This document shows positions 1 to 9,469 of a stretch of 64,000 nucleotides of DNA, one piece after another (within the stretch, counting starts at the first letter, position 1; each line of letters begins with the position of its first letter). Under the pieces are notes generated by a model, which made no database searches, had not been told where the DNA came from, and worked only from the letters and a program-made list of their open reading frames with translations. The DNA lies in assembly GCA_964617715.1 (NCBI GenBank), contig CAZTZN010000002.1, positions 23,441-87,440 of the forward strand, in the 5' to 3' direction. The translations under genes and the position numbers were made by a program. Origin of the DNA: an uncultured Armatimonadia bacterium (GTDB lineage Bacteria > Armatimonadota > Zipacnadia > Zipacnadales > UBA5352).

Positions 1-614
1 CCTGCCGCATGGACGTGACGGATGAGGCGTCGGTCGCCGAGGCCATGGCCGCATGCGTGGAGCAGCTCGGTGGCCTCGACATCGTGGTCAGCAACGCCGG
101 CATCCTGATCTCGGGCGACACCACCGAATTTGAGGTGGCCGACTGGCGGAAGGTGATAGACGTAAACCTGGTCGGCTACTTCATCGTGGCCAAACAGGCC
201 GCGAAGACGATGCTGGAGCGTGGCGTACCGGGGGCGATCATCCAGATCAACTCGAAGTCCGGGAAGAAGGGCAGCTTCAAGAACTCGGCCTACGCCGCCG
301 GCAAGTTCGGCGGGATCGGCCTGACCCAGAGCCTGGCACTGGAGTTCGCCGAGCAGGGCATCCGGGTCAACGCGGTGTGCCCGGGCAACCTGCTGGACTC
401 GCCGTTGTGGGTGGACAGCCTCTATGCGCAGTACGCCGAGCGCTGGGGCATCACCGAGGCGCAAGTGCGCCAGAAGTACATCGACCAGGTGCCGATGAAG
501 CGCGGTTGCACCTACGAGGATGTCGCAAATGTAGTGGTCTTCCTGGCCTCGGACGCCGCGAGCTACATGACCGGACAGGCGATCAATGTGACCGGCGGCC
601 AGATCATGCACTGA
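1..614 (+). CDS. Short-chain dehydrogenase/reductase (SDR), sorbitol-6-phosphate dehydrogenase-like; 5' end cut by the window edge
   Basis: Track ORF 9..614 is open to the window start. The translation has the SDR active-site region (NAG, S..YAAGK) and a SrlD-like C-terminus (YIDQVPMKRGCTYEDV...ASYMTGQAINVTGGQ). Confidence 0.75.
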   Translation, partial: CRMDVTDEASVAEAMAACVEQLGGLDIVVSNAGILISGDTTEFEVADWRKVIDVNLVGYFIVAKQAAKTMLERGVPGAIIQINSKSGKKGSFKNSAYAAGKFGGIGLTQSLALEFAEQGIRVNAVCPGNLLDSPLWVDSLYAQYAERWGITEAQVRQKYIDQVPMKRGCTYEDVANVVVFLASDAASYMTGQAINVTGGQIMH

Positions 615-632
615 CGGGACTGGAGCTGCCCG

Positions 633-1598
633 ATGCGCTGCGGAAGCTGTGGCCGCGACCTGCCCGAAGGCGCGCAGTTCTGCGCGTACTGCGGCACCCG
701 CGTGCCGGGGCTGCAACCGGCGGCGGAGTTGGTCAAGCTGGCGAGCACGTCGGGGCCGGCGCGGACATCGCTGACGGCCGATGTGCCGGATCTGCCTCAA
801 CCCGCCGAGGTCGCGCCGGAAGCTCCGGAGATCGCCGAGCCGCCCGAGGTCCCTGAGCCGGCTTCGCTGCCCGGCGAGAGCCGGTCGGATCTGAGCATGC
901 TGCCGATGCCGACGCCGGTCGTGCCCTCATCGGCGCAGGTGCGCGAGATGGTCGAACGGCGCCGGCGCGAGGCCGCAGAGCTGCTCACGGAGGGTGTCGA
1001 GCGCGAGATCACGCAGCGGGTGCAAGTGCCCTCGTCACCCGAGTCCGCGACTCCGGACGGACTCCCGAAGGGCGAAATGACCGGTGAGGAGTACGCGGAC
1101 GGCCACGCGATCCCGCCACCGCCTTCACCACCTGCCTCGCTTGAGGGACGGCCCGAGCATGTGGCGATGGGCCAGCGGTCTCTGACGGCGTCGATGGTGG
1201 GGCCGCGGCAGCGACGGCCCGTGCGTGGCCATCTGCCGGCCGACTCGCTGCAGGCTCGAAGTGCCGAAGAAGCCGCTGGAGCCGACGAGCCTACCGGCGC
1301 CAGGTGCTGCACTTACGGCTGCATCACTCTCGCAATCGTCCTCGCATTGTCCATATTGGGGATGCTGTGGCTCGTGAGCGCGACGCACGAGCCCAAGCCG
1401 CCACCGGCGGCGCGCGCGCCCACAACTATCGAGCGCATGATCGCGCAGGTTGAAGGGACAGCCATGACCGCACATGAGGGGCCTCGGGGGATGACGCTTT
1501 ACGCACAGCAACGCCCACACACACACTCGCCGAGTCGCGCCGACGGGAGGATGTCTGACGATGTTCTGCACGAGTTGCGGCAAGCAGATGCCCGATGA
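633..1598 (+). CDS. Zinc-ribbon membrane protein (N-terminal CxxC...CxxC ribbon, Pro/Glu-rich linker, single C-terminal TM helix)
   Basis: The translation starts MRCGSCGRDLPEGAQFCAYCGTRV, followed by a low-complexity PE/PA linker and a hydrophobic helix CITLAIVLALSILGMLWLVSA. Strong GC3 bias supports coding. The 3' end overlaps the next ORF by about 38 nt in another frame, so the exact stop is uncertain. Confidence 0.55.
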   Translation: MRCGSCGRDLPEGAQFCAYCGTRVPGLQPAAELVKLASTSGPARTSLTADVPDLPQPAEVAPEAPEIAEPPEVPEPASLPGESRSDLSMLPMPTPVVPSSAQVREMVERRRREAAELLTEGVEREITQRVQVPSSPESATPDGLPKGEMTGEEYADGHAIPPPPSPPASLEGRPEHVAMGQRSLTASMVGPRQRRPVRGHLPADSLQARSAEEAAGADEPTGARCCTYGCITLAIVLALSILGMLWLVSATHEPKPPPAARAPTTIERMIAQVEGTAMTAHEGPRGMTLYAQQRPHTHSPSRADGRMSDDVLHELRQADAR

Positions 1599-2601
1599 CG
1601 CGAAGTTCTGCCCGAGCTGTGGTCATGTCGTCGGAGAGCCGCTGCCCGAGGGCCAGGAGCCCCGGCAGCCCGAAGGAACCGAGGCTTCGGAGCCGCCACC
1701 ATCGGTGACTCCACCGGTCGGTCCGGCCTACCAGCCGACGGTCTCCGAAACAACGCCCGAGCAGCCGGCGGAGCCCCCTGCCGCCCCCGAACCGACGCCG
1801 ACCGGCACCACGCCTCCGCCCCAACCGACACCATCGACCCCGCAACCGACCGCCGCGCCCCCACCGGCGGCAGCCCAGCCGACCCCGTCTCCGGTCCAGC
1901 CGGCCGCGCCGACGCAGGTGCCCCCGACACCGCCCACGGCCCCACCAACCGCGCCGCCAACGCAGCCCGCAGGCGTTCCGCCGGTCGCCGAAGCTCCGAA
2001 GAAGGGCGGCGGCAAGTGCTGGCTGATCGGCTGCGGTATCCTGCTTGCGGTGGGCATCATCGTGATCGTCCTGGGCTTCATGTGCGCCCGCAGGGCGAAG
2101 CAGTTCGGCGAGGGCCTGCAGGACACGCTGCAGAACCTTCCCACCAACTCGCTCGAGATCCGCGAACCCGGCGAGGACGGCGGTGGCGCCGGCGGCATCG
2201 GTGGGATCATCGAGGGGCTCGGCGAAGCGGTCAGTGATATCGGCGCCGCGGCCAGCGCCGCCGACATCAAGGGCTTCGATCCGAGCAGCGTCGATCCCGC
2301 CATGCTGCCCAACTTCTATGGCTTCATGATTGCCCTTGCCAAGGACGACCCGAATGAGATGCACAAGTTCATGAGCCCCTCGTACAGGGATCAGTGGTCG
2401 CCGGACAACTGGGAGCCGGCGCCGCATATCGAGCACATCAACTTCCGGATGCAGAGCACCCGGAAGGTGAGCGACGGCGAGTACGAGTTCGTTATCACCG
2501 AACGCATCCGCGACAACGACGCGGACACCGAGGGTGACATTACCTGGTACATCACCTTCTCACGCGACGGCGGCAACTGGTACGTGACCAGCTTCGAGTG
2601 A
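1561..2601 (+). CDS. Zinc-ribbon membrane protein paralog: ribbon, long Pro/Thr-rich linker, TM helix, about 170-aa extracytoplasmic domain
   Basis: The translation starts MFCTSCGKQMPDDAKFCPSCGHVVG, then a PT-rich linker, a TM helix CWLIGCGILLAVGIIVIVLGFMCA and a globular C-terminal domain (EYEFVITERIRDNDADTEGDITWYITFSRDGGNWYVTSFE). Confidence 0.7.
   Translation: MFCTSCGKQMPDDAKFCPSCGHVVGEPLPEGQEPRQPEGTEASEPPPSVTPPVGPAYQPTVSETTPEQPAEPPAAPEPTPTGTTPPPQPTPSTPQPTAAPPPAAAQPTPSPVQPAAPTQVPPTPPTAPPTAPPTQPAGVPPVAEAPKKGGGKCWLIGCGILLAVGIIVIVLGFMCARRAKQFGEGLQDTLQNLPTNSLEIREPGEDGGGAGGIGGIIEGLGEAVSDIGAAASAADIKGFDPSSVDPAMLPNFYGFMIALAKDDPNEMHKFMSPSYRDQWSPDNWEPAPHIEHINFRMQSTRKVSDGEYEFVITERIRDNDADTEGDITWYITFSRDGGNWYVTSFE
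1690..1990 (+). repeat. Coding low-complexity tract encoding a Pro/Thr/Ala-rich linker (PTPTGTTPPPQPTPSTPQPTAAPPP...PPTAPPTAPPTQP)
   Basis: Repetitive ccg/acc/gcc codon runs are visible in the sequence. The tract lies inside CDS 1561..2601. Confidence 0.6.
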
Positions 2602-2614
2602 CAGGAATGAGATC

Positions 2615-3610
2615 ATGGCACGTGAAGTGAGACTACAGCTTGGCATCAACGGGGCGTTCCTGACCCGACGTTGGGAACGCCCCGGCAACTGGATGCGATT
2701 GACCCGCGAGATCGGCTTCCGCAACCACGAATTCTGCGGCGACGTCATCGACCCGTTCTTCTCGGGTGACCGCGCCTTCTGGATGGAGACCGCCGCGCAG
2801 GTCAGGGCCGAGGCGCAACGCTACGGCGTTACCATCACCGATATCTACACCGGCGTGGCGACCCACCGCTTCCACGGGCTCTCGCACAGCCACCCCTCGC
2901 CGCGCCAGCGCATGAAGCAGTGGATCCTCGACTGCTGCGACCTCGCGCTGGCGATGGGCAGTGACCGCATCGGCGGCCACTGGGACGCGATCTCGGTCGA
3001 GGTGATGGAGGACGAGCGCGGCTACCAGAGCGCCGTCGGACGCGTGCAGAGCATCTTCCGCGAACTCGCACGCGCGGCGGCCGCCAAGGGCATCCGCGCG
3101 CTCTACAACGAGCAGATGTACATCCCCAGCGAGATCCCGTGGACGCTGCGTCAGGGCGAGGAGTTCCTGCACGCGGTGAACGCGGACAGTGACGGCTGCC
3201 CGGTGTACCTGACAGTAGACGTGGGCCACCAGGCGGGGATGCACTACGGGCTGCAGGGCGAGGACCTGAGCTACGTCGAGTGGTGTCGGCGCTTCGGCGC
3301 GGTCGCCGAGATCGTGCACCTGCAACAGACCACGCCCGACGCCAGCCATCACTGGCCATTCACGCCCGAGTACAACGAGCGCGGGCACATCGAGATCCCG
3401 CCGATCCTGGAGGCGCTGGAGCAGTCGCATCGCGAGTTCGAGAACTCGCCGCTCTCTGAGGTCATGAAGCCGGTCGATCAGACCTGGCTGGTCGCCGAGA
3501 TCATCCCCGGGTCCACGAAAACCGAGAGCGCGCTGCTTGATGAGCTCAAGGTGTCGGCGGAGTACCTGCACCAATTCATCCCCGAGGAAGGCATGGTGCT
3601 GGACATCTGA
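2615..3610 (+). CDS. Sugar phosphate isomerase/epimerase (xylose-isomerase-like TIM barrel)
   Basis: 331-aa ORF with an ATG preceded by aggaatgaga. The translation shows TIM-barrel (AP endonuclease 2 / xylose isomerase-like) features, e.g. DVGH...H, E-rich metal ligands. Confidence 0.6.
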   Translation: MAREVRLQLGINGAFLTRRWERPGNWMRLTREIGFRNHEFCGDVIDPFFSGDRAFWMETAAQVRAEAQRYGVTITDIYTGVATHRFHGLSHSHPSPRQRMKQWILDCCDLALAMGSDRIGGHWDAISVEVMEDERGYQSAVGRVQSIFRELARAAAAKGIRALYNEQMYIPSEIPWTLRQGEEFLHAVNADSDGCPVYLTVDVGHQAGMHYGLQGEDLSYVEWCRRFGAVAEIVHLQQTTPDASHHWPFTPEYNERGHIEIPPILEALEQSHREFENSPLSEVMKPVDQTWLVAEIIPGSTKTESALLDELKVSAEYLHQFIPEEGMVLDI

Positions 3611-3626
3611 GCGGGAGGCGAGGCAC

Positions 3627-6062
3627 GTGCGGACTGCGTTGCTGCCGGCGCTGCTGGGAGTGATCGTTGTGTCGTGGGGCGTCGCCTATGCCCGGGACGA
3701 GTTGACGCCGCGCGCCCACACCGAGGCAATCACCGAGGGCGACCACGTCTGGACCATCACCATGGGCGGTACGCTCGATGGCCCGAGCACGCGCGACCCG
3801 ATCGGCTACAGCCAGTGGCGGCAGGCGTTTGAGCCCATGCGCGTGGTGCGCATCGCCAACGTGGGCGACACGGTGGTGGTCAACCCATGGCTGTTCACCG
3901 GCGACCGCGGCCACTGGCGCACCGTGAAGGAGCTGGTCGAGCACGTCACCGCCCCCTACGGCACCGAGATCGAACAGGCGACGGCCCTGTGGTGGTGGGA
4001 GACGCGGCACCGCTGGCATTTCACCACCGGCGACCGCCACAACAATGACCCCATCAAGGTCTGGAACATCTTCGGCCACACGCTGTGTGGCAACGACGCC
4101 TTCGTGCTGGCCGACTGCTGGCGGACCCTGGGCCTGCGCACCCGCCACCCTCGCATCCAGGGGCACTCCATCAGCGAGTGCTTCGCCGATGGTGACTGGC
4201 GGCTGCTTGACGGCGACGAGAACATCATCTGCCTGCTGCGCGACAACGTCACGCCCGCCGCTGAGGCCGACATCCGCCGCGACCACGATCTGCTCAAGCG
4301 CACACACTGCTACGGCATCCTGCGGCCCGACTCGCGCCAGATCGACGAGTTCTCGGCCTCCCTCTACGCGCACGACGAGCAGCCCGTACCCGACCGCGAC
4401 CTGCCCTCCAATATCGGCCACGAGATGAAGTTCGCGCTGCGCCCGGGAGAGGCGCTGGTGTGGGCCTGGGAGCACCGCGGCAAGTTCTACTGCCCATGGG
4501 ATTACGACAGGGTCTCCGAGCGCATGACGCCGATGGTGTGCAACGGCCGGTGGGAGTTCGCGCCTCGCCTGAGCATGGCGCGCGTGGCCGAGGACGCCGA
4601 GAGCGCGAGCGGCCTGTCCGACGCCGACGGCGCCCTGCGCGCCGGCCCGGATGGTGGCGAGTTGGTCTACCGGCTGAACGCGCCGTACGCGATGGTGGGC
4701 GGGACGCTGACCGTTGACGCCGATGGCGCGGCCGCCGCCGACCTCTCCTGGGACGGCCGGCAGTGGCTACCGCTGGATGCCCAGGCCTCGGACGCCGGCC
4801 TCGTAGTGGATCTTGACGAGCACTTCCCGTACAATGACGAGCTGCGCTTCAGCTACCTGATTCGACTGCGCCTCGATCCGGGCGCGGTGCTGCGCGCGGT
4901 TACCTCGCGCACCGACCTGCAGATGGCCCCGCTGTGCATGCCCTACCTTGAACTGGGCGAGAACGCGATTCGCTACGTGGATGAGACCCCCGGCCCACGC
5001 CGGGTCGAGGTCACGCACGAGTGGGTCGAGACCACCGTGAACCATCCCCCGACCGCGCCCGCCGCACCGATCTTCCCGGCCGACGGAGCGCAGCTTGACC
5101 GCACGCAGTTCGTCTTCGAGTGGCGGCCCGCGACGGATCCGGACGGCGACGAGATAGCCGACTACCAGTTCATGCTCGCGGCGCACGAGGACATGCGCTG
5201 GCCGCTGTCGCCGAACTTCTTCAAGCTGATCTCGCACACCGCGGACAGGGGAACCGCGAGCTACACAGTCCCCTACCGCGGCCTGCTCAACCCGGGCACC
5301 ACCTACTACTGGCGAGTGCGCGCGCGTGACGACCAGAAGGCATGGGGCCCGTGGAGCGAGGTCTGGAAGGTCACGCCCGGCGGCCCGGGCATCCCGCTGA
5401 ACCTCGCGCGGCGCGTGGACGAAGATGCGCGCACGGTAACCATCTCCTGGCAGGACAACACGCATGGCACGCGCCCGGTGGCCTACAAGGTCTACGGCTC
5501 TGACGAGAAGGGCTTCACGGTCTCGGACACCGAGTACCAGGTCTGGGTCGGCAACCAGGAGCCCGAACAGGGCTGGCAGACCTGGCCGGGCAATCTGATG
5601 ACCGAGACCGCTCAGCGTTCCATCCAGGTGGTCGGCGCCGACCTGGACTTCGAGAACGCCAATCGCGCGTTCTACCGGGTGGTCGCGATCGATGCCAACG
5701 GGGTGGAGAGCGGCCCCTCGGACTACATCGAGATGCCCCGCCCGTTTCTGTGGACCGAACCCGTCACTGAGGTGGAGACCGGGGGGCAGTACCATTACCG
5801 CGCGCAGACCATCCTCTCGATCGGCGATCTGCGCTGCCGCACGATTAACCCGGGGGAATCGTACAATGCGAAGTACTGGGACCGCGAGCAGCCGGTGTTC
5901 AGCCTGGTCGAGGCGCCGGAGTGGCTGACCATCAACGCCGAGACGGGCGAGATTACCGGCGTCGCTCCCGCCAAGGCCGGCAGGCATGAGGTCACGGTGC
6001 GGGTACAGACCGAGGGCGTCGGAGAAGATGTGCGGCGCTTCACGCTGATGGTGGTTCCGTGA
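3627..6062 (+). CDS. Secreted multidomain protein: transglutaminase-like cysteine-protease core, FN3-like domain and putative Ig-like C-terminal domain
   Basis: A GTG start gives a signal peptide (VRTALLPALLGVIVVSWGVAYA). Transglutaminase-like motifs are present: Cys (HTLCGNDAFVLADCWRTLGLRTRH), His (HSISECFADGDWRLLD). The FN3-like segment is FVFEWRPATDPDGDEIADYQF...TTYYWRVRARDDQKAWGPWSEVW. The C-terminus reads EAPEWLTINAETGEITGVAP, an Ig-like/He_PIG-type motif. Confidence 0.55.
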   Translation: MRTALLPALLGVIVVSWGVAYARDELTPRAHTEAITEGDHVWTITMGGTLDGPSTRDPIGYSQWRQAFEPMRVVRIANVGDTVVVNPWLFTGDRGHWRTVKELVEHVTAPYGTEIEQATALWWWETRHRWHFTTGDRHNNDPIKVWNIFGHTLCGNDAFVLADCWRTLGLRTRHPRIQGHSISECFADGDWRLLDGDENIICLLRDNVTPAAEADIRRDHDLLKRTHCYGILRPDSRQIDEFSASLYAHDEQPVPDRDLPSNIGHEMKFALRPGEALVWAWEHRGKFYCPWDYDRVSERMTPMVCNGRWEFAPRLSMARVAEDAESASGLSDADGALRAGPDGGELVYRLNAPYAMVGGTLTVDADGAAAADLSWDGRQWLPLDAQASDAGLVVDLDEHFPYNDELRFSYLIRLRLDPGAVLRAVTSRTDLQMAPLCMPYLELGENAIRYVDETPGPRRVEVTHEWVETTVNHPPTAPAAPIFPADGAQLDRTQFVFEWRPATDPDGDEIADYQFMLAAHEDMRWPLSPNFFKLISHTADRGTASYTVPYRGLLNPGTTYYWRVRARDDQKAWGPWSEVWKVTPGGPGIPLNLARRVDEDARTVTISWQDNTHGTRPVAYKVYGSDEKGFTVSDTEYQVWVGNQEPEQGWQTWPGNLMTETAQRSIQVVGADLDFENANRAFYRVVAIDANGVESGPSDYIEMPRPFLWTEPVTEVETGGQYHYRAQTILSIGDLRCRTINPGESYNAKYWDREQPVFSLVEAPEWLTINAETGEITGVAPAKAGRHEVTVRVQTEGVGEDVRRFTLMVVP

Positions 6063-6184
6063 GGCCGCCCGAGAGAGGCGCCTGACGGCCCGCCCCGGAC
6101 ATCAGCCCGACCCGGTTGCCGACAGCGCTGCTCGACACCAACAACGCGGCCTCGTGGCCGTCTCGCCCGCGTTAGCGCCTCGGG

Positions 6185-6532
6185 CTACTGCGGCTCCTTG
6201 TTACCGTCGTCGTCCTGTCTTCGCTCCGTGTCCGTGTCGTCGGGGATGATCACATCCGGGTAGGGCGAGGGGGGGCCGCCGGCCTGTGGCGGCTGACCAA
6301 CGATGTTGGCACCGCTGGCCTGATGCTGCGCGTCCACGACCTTGCGACTGTACTCGAAGCCCGCCTGTACCCGCCGCCAGCGCAGCACGAAGATGACGAT
6401 GAGCGCGATCGGGTACACGATGTAGATCAGCGCGTTGTACCACGCGACGTCGTAGCCCATGAAGACCTTGGGCCACCAGCCCATGATACCGGCGATGATG
6501 ACGATCCATTCGATGACCTCGTTGCGTTCCAT
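6185..6532 (-). CDS. Small two-TM membrane protein, hypothetical
   Basis: ATG at 6532 (MERNEVIEWIVIIAGIMGWW...) lies 4 nt after the stop of the upstream gene, suggesting translational coupling. Two hydrophobic helices are followed by an acidic tail. Confidence 0.5.
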   Translation of the reverse strand: MERNEVIEWIVIIAGIMGWWPKVFMGYDVAWYNALIYIVYPIALIVIFVLRWRRVQAGFEYSRKVVDAQHQASGANIVGQPPQAGGPPSPYPDVIIPDDTDTERRQDDDGNKEPQ

Positions 6533-6536
6533 GCCA

Positions 6537-7514
6537 TCACACTCCGGCGTCGCCACTGGGCTCAAGTTGGCGGATCGCCATCAGAGTCTCGTAAATGGAG
6601 ATGCGCAACATCTCATCCAACGGGATTTCGTCCAGAGCGTCGCCCGGGCTCAGCAGCGCAGGGTCCACCTGGCGGAGCGCCTCGGTCTCCGAACTACCCT
6701 CGGGCAGCAGGTTGCCCCCGCGCGTGCGCCGGAACTCCGTCAGTAGCGCCGCCAGCTCATCGGCGTCGCGTTCGAGCCGCCGCACACCCTCCTCATGCGG
6801 TTGCGGCCGCCGACTGCGCACTCGGTCGAGCCATGTCGGATGCCCCGGCTCGATGAGATAGCCCTGAGCGACCAGCGCCGACTCCACGTACTGACGGATG
6901 TCGCCGAACACGCCCGCGCGCTGCCAGAAGGTCATCTCCTGGCGGATGGTCTTAAGCGCCTGCTCGATCACCGCATCGAGCGTTACCCAGTGCTCCTCCT
7001 CGTCCCCGGCTCGGCCGCGTCGGCGCTTGCGCAGCAGTCCGAACGCCACCGCAATCACGTCGCTCACCGGTGACTCAGGCATCGGCCCGACCTGGCGCAG
7101 CTCCAACTCCCAGGTCTTCTGCGGGTAGGGTGGCATCAGCGTCGCCGCCCGCTCCGACGCGCGCATTTCGATGCAGCCCTTGGCGTACAGATCCACCAGT
7201 GTCGCGTAGAGGATCTGGTGCGTCCAGTGCTGCGGGTCCAGCTCCTCCTCGGTCAGCGGCGCGTAGCACCGGCTGCGCGGGCTGATCATCTTGTTCGGCG
7301 GCGGCCGATCCACGAACCGGTCGGCGAACAGCACCGTCAACCCATCCGGACCCACGGGGCCCATCGGCTCCATAGGCGGCGCCGATCGCTCGACCTGCTC
7401 CGTGACCACCTGCGCCTGCCCCTCGACCGCCCGGGCGAGCAGGCGGGCGCCGGCGCGATAGATCAGCACCCCGATGACCAGCAGTATGACAATGATCCCG
7501 ATCTGGACTGCCAT
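6537..7514 (-). CDS. Hypothetical protein with an N-terminal TM anchor (MAVQIGIIVILLVIGVLIY)
   Basis: 325-aa ORF with good GC3 bias, beginning 27 nt downstream of the folE2 stop on the same strand. I recognise no family for it. Confidence 0.5.
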   Translation of the reverse strand: MAVQIGIIVILLVIGVLIYRAGARLLARAVEGQAQVVTEQVERSAPPMEPMGPVGPDGLTVLFADRFVDRPPPNKMISPRSRCYAPLTEEELDPQHWTHQILYATLVDLYAKGCIEMRASERAATLMPPYPQKTWELELRQVGPMPESPVSDVIAVAFGLLRKRRRGRAGDEEEHWVTLDAVIEQALKTIRQEMTFWQRAGVFGDIRQYVESALVAQGYLIEPGHPTWLDRVRSRRPQPHEEGVRRLERDADELAALLTEFRRTRGGNLLPEGSSETEALRQVDPALLSPGDALDEIPLDEMLRISIYETLMAIRQLEPSGDAGV

Positions 7515-7541
7515 GCCCTCGTTCCATCCTGTGCGCTGTCG

Positions 7542-8339
7542 CTATGCTCCCGCCTGCTCGGCCTCAGGCCACGTCGTGCAGGCGTAGGCACTGTGGTTGT
7601 GGATTGACTCGAAGCTCTCGCATTCTACCGAGAACCACGCAACCTCCGGCAGCGCCGCCAGCGCCACCACACTGTCCCGAACGACATCCTCCACGAACTT
7701 GGGGTTCTGGTAGGAGTGCTCGGTGACCAGCTTCTCGTCCGCGCGCTTGAGCATCGGATAGACCTGCGCGCTGCCCTGCTCCTCGAGCAGCGGAATCAGG
7801 TCTTCGAGCCAGACAAGGGCGTCACCATGCGTGCGCATCTGCACACGGATCATCGCCCGCTGGGTATGCGCGCCCCAACGCGAGATCTCGCGTGAGCACG
7901 GGCAGGCGGTGATGACCGGTACCTGAGCGCCCAGCAGAAAATCGAACTCCCCGGCCACCCGACTGGCCGCGAACGAGCACTCGTAGTCGAGCTGACAGTC
8001 GAGCCCCGTCGCCGGCGAGCGTTTGCTCAGGAAGTAGGTGAAGCCCAGGCGCAGGTGCGCGGCCCACGCGTCGAAGCGCTCGGCGATCTCTGTCAGCATC
8101 TCGCGCATCTCGGGCATGGCGACCGCCCGCCGCGACCAGCGCGACAGGACCTCGACGAAGCGGCTCATGTGAGTGCCGCGCTCGTGGTGAGGCAGCTCCA
8201 CCGACGCCTCGAAGACCCCGACGACCCGGGCGTGGCCCCCGCCCTTTTGCCGGATCATGACCGGCAGGTGGATGTCGCGCACGCCCACTCGCTGGATAGT
8301 GATGCCGCGGTCGTCCCGCTCCGAAGCCACGTCTCGCAT
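7542..8339 (-). CDS. folE2: GTP cyclohydrolase FolE2/MptA (GTP cyclohydrolase I type 2)
   Basis: 265-aa translation with the FolE2 hallmark ITACPCS and overall DUF198-like similarity. Confidence 0.75.
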   Translation of the reverse strand: MRDVASERDDRGITIQRVGVRDIHLPVMIRQKGGGHARVVGVFEASVELPHHERGTHMSRFVEVLSRWSRRAVAMPEMREMLTEIAERFDAWAAHLRLGFTYFLSKRSPATGLDCQLDYECSFAASRVAGEFDFLLGAQVPVITACPCSREISRWGAHTQRAMIRVQMRTHGDALVWLEDLIPLLEEQGSAQVYPMLKRADEKLVTEHSYQNPKFVEDVVRDSVVALAALPEVAWFSVECESFESIHNHSAYACTTWPEAEQAGA

Positions 8340-8426
8340 CGCCGTGCCTCAGCCTTCCTGCCCTGCGTGCCCAGTATATACCAAGGGCCGCACACACACA
8401 AGGCGCCCCCAGACCAAGTTCGACGG

Positions 8427-8455
8427 TTGCCCCGACGGTCAACAAGTGGTATGAT
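8427..8455 (+). promoter_or_regulatory. Putative sigma70-type promoter (TTGCCC-N17-TATGAT) upstream of the DUF1559 gene
   Basis: Hexamers read from the sequence at 8427-8432 and 8450-8455. Confidence 0.35.
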
Positions 8456-8517
8456 ACCATGCAGGATGTGGGCAGTCCGGTCTCATCATTCTGTTCTGTG
8501 AAAGGGCGAGACAGAGC

Positions 8518-9198
8518 ATGCAACGTCGAGGATTCACGCTGATCGAGTTGCTCGTCGTTATCGCGATCATCGCCATCCTGGCGGCGATCCTGTTCCCCGT
8601 CTTTGCCAAGGCGCGTGAGAAGGCGCGCCAGACGAGCTGCTTGAGCAACCTCAAGCAGATTGCGCTGGGCATGAACATGTACATCCAGGACTATGATGAG
8701 CGCTACGCGATTTCCGGTGGGTGGCGTGGGAGCGCGTCCGTGCCACGCGGCTACTTCGTGTTCGCCATCGAGCCCTACATCAAGAACGCACAGATCTGGG
8801 AGTGCCCCAGCGACGGCTCGCCGACATCGGCCTCCTATGGCGGCCGCACCATCGCGTGCAGCTACGGCTACAACCTTGTCTTTCCCGGAGATGGCTACTC
8901 CAGCTACCAGGCGCAGCGCGGCGACCCCGCGAACGGCATCTGGGATCCGCTGAATGACGCCAAGCTGGCGCATCCATCCACCACATGGATCTTCAGCGAC
9001 TGCTACATCACCTACCCGTACTCGCTCACCCACCTGCGCATCACGGTGGGCGGCAATCGCTGGTACACGAACCCCGCCGGCCCCGAGCACAACGGCGGCC
9101 TGAACTTCGCCTTTGCCGACGGCCACGCAAAGTGGCTGCAGGGCCTCATGTGGGTCCACAGCTACACCGCCCCGCAGTGCATGTGGACCTACGACTAG
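8518..9198 (+). CDS. DUF1559 (H-X9-DG) protein with a prepilin-type N-terminal cleavage/methylation domain
   Basis: Starts MQRRG|[24 protein letters not shown], a type IV pilin-like leader. The C-terminal motif [10 protein letters not shown] matches the H-X9-DG signature of a family abundant in Planctomycetota, Verrucomicrobiota and Armatimonadota. Confidence 0.8.
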   Translation: MQRRGFTLIELLVVIAIIAILAAILFPVFAKAREKARQTSCLSNLKQIALGMNMYIQDYDERYAISGGWRGSASVPRGYFVFAIEPYIKNAQIWECPSDGSPTSASYGGRTIACSYGYNLVFPGDGYSSYQAQRGDPANGIWDPLNDAKLAHPSTTWIFSDCYITYPYSLTHLRITVGGNRWYTNPAGPEHNGGLNFAFADGHAKWLQGLMWVHSYTAPQCMWTYD

Positions 9199-9469
9199 CC
9201 CGACCAACTCGTCCCAGCCGGCGGCGCCGGCCACCCGGCCGGCGCCGCTCTCATGTACGGCCGGGGCGCCGCAGCCACAGCGCGGTAACCTGTGGGCGTT
9301 GCCGCGCAAACCATGCGGTGACGGCGCCGCGTGCGCGTGCCGGCTCGGACGCGCGGAACACCATGACAGGCGGTCGTGTCTAAGATTGCAGGGGACAACC
9401 GGCACTGCGGAATGACTGCGGCCCTGCACGGCAGCCTCACGGACGGCGGCAGCCAGGAGGGTGAGGACC

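Noticed and set aside
633-2601. Anti-sigma factor (zf-HC2) interpretation of the zinc-ribbon TM proteins
   Set aside because: No ECF sigma factor gene is adjacent. The upstream gene is an SDR oxidoreductase.
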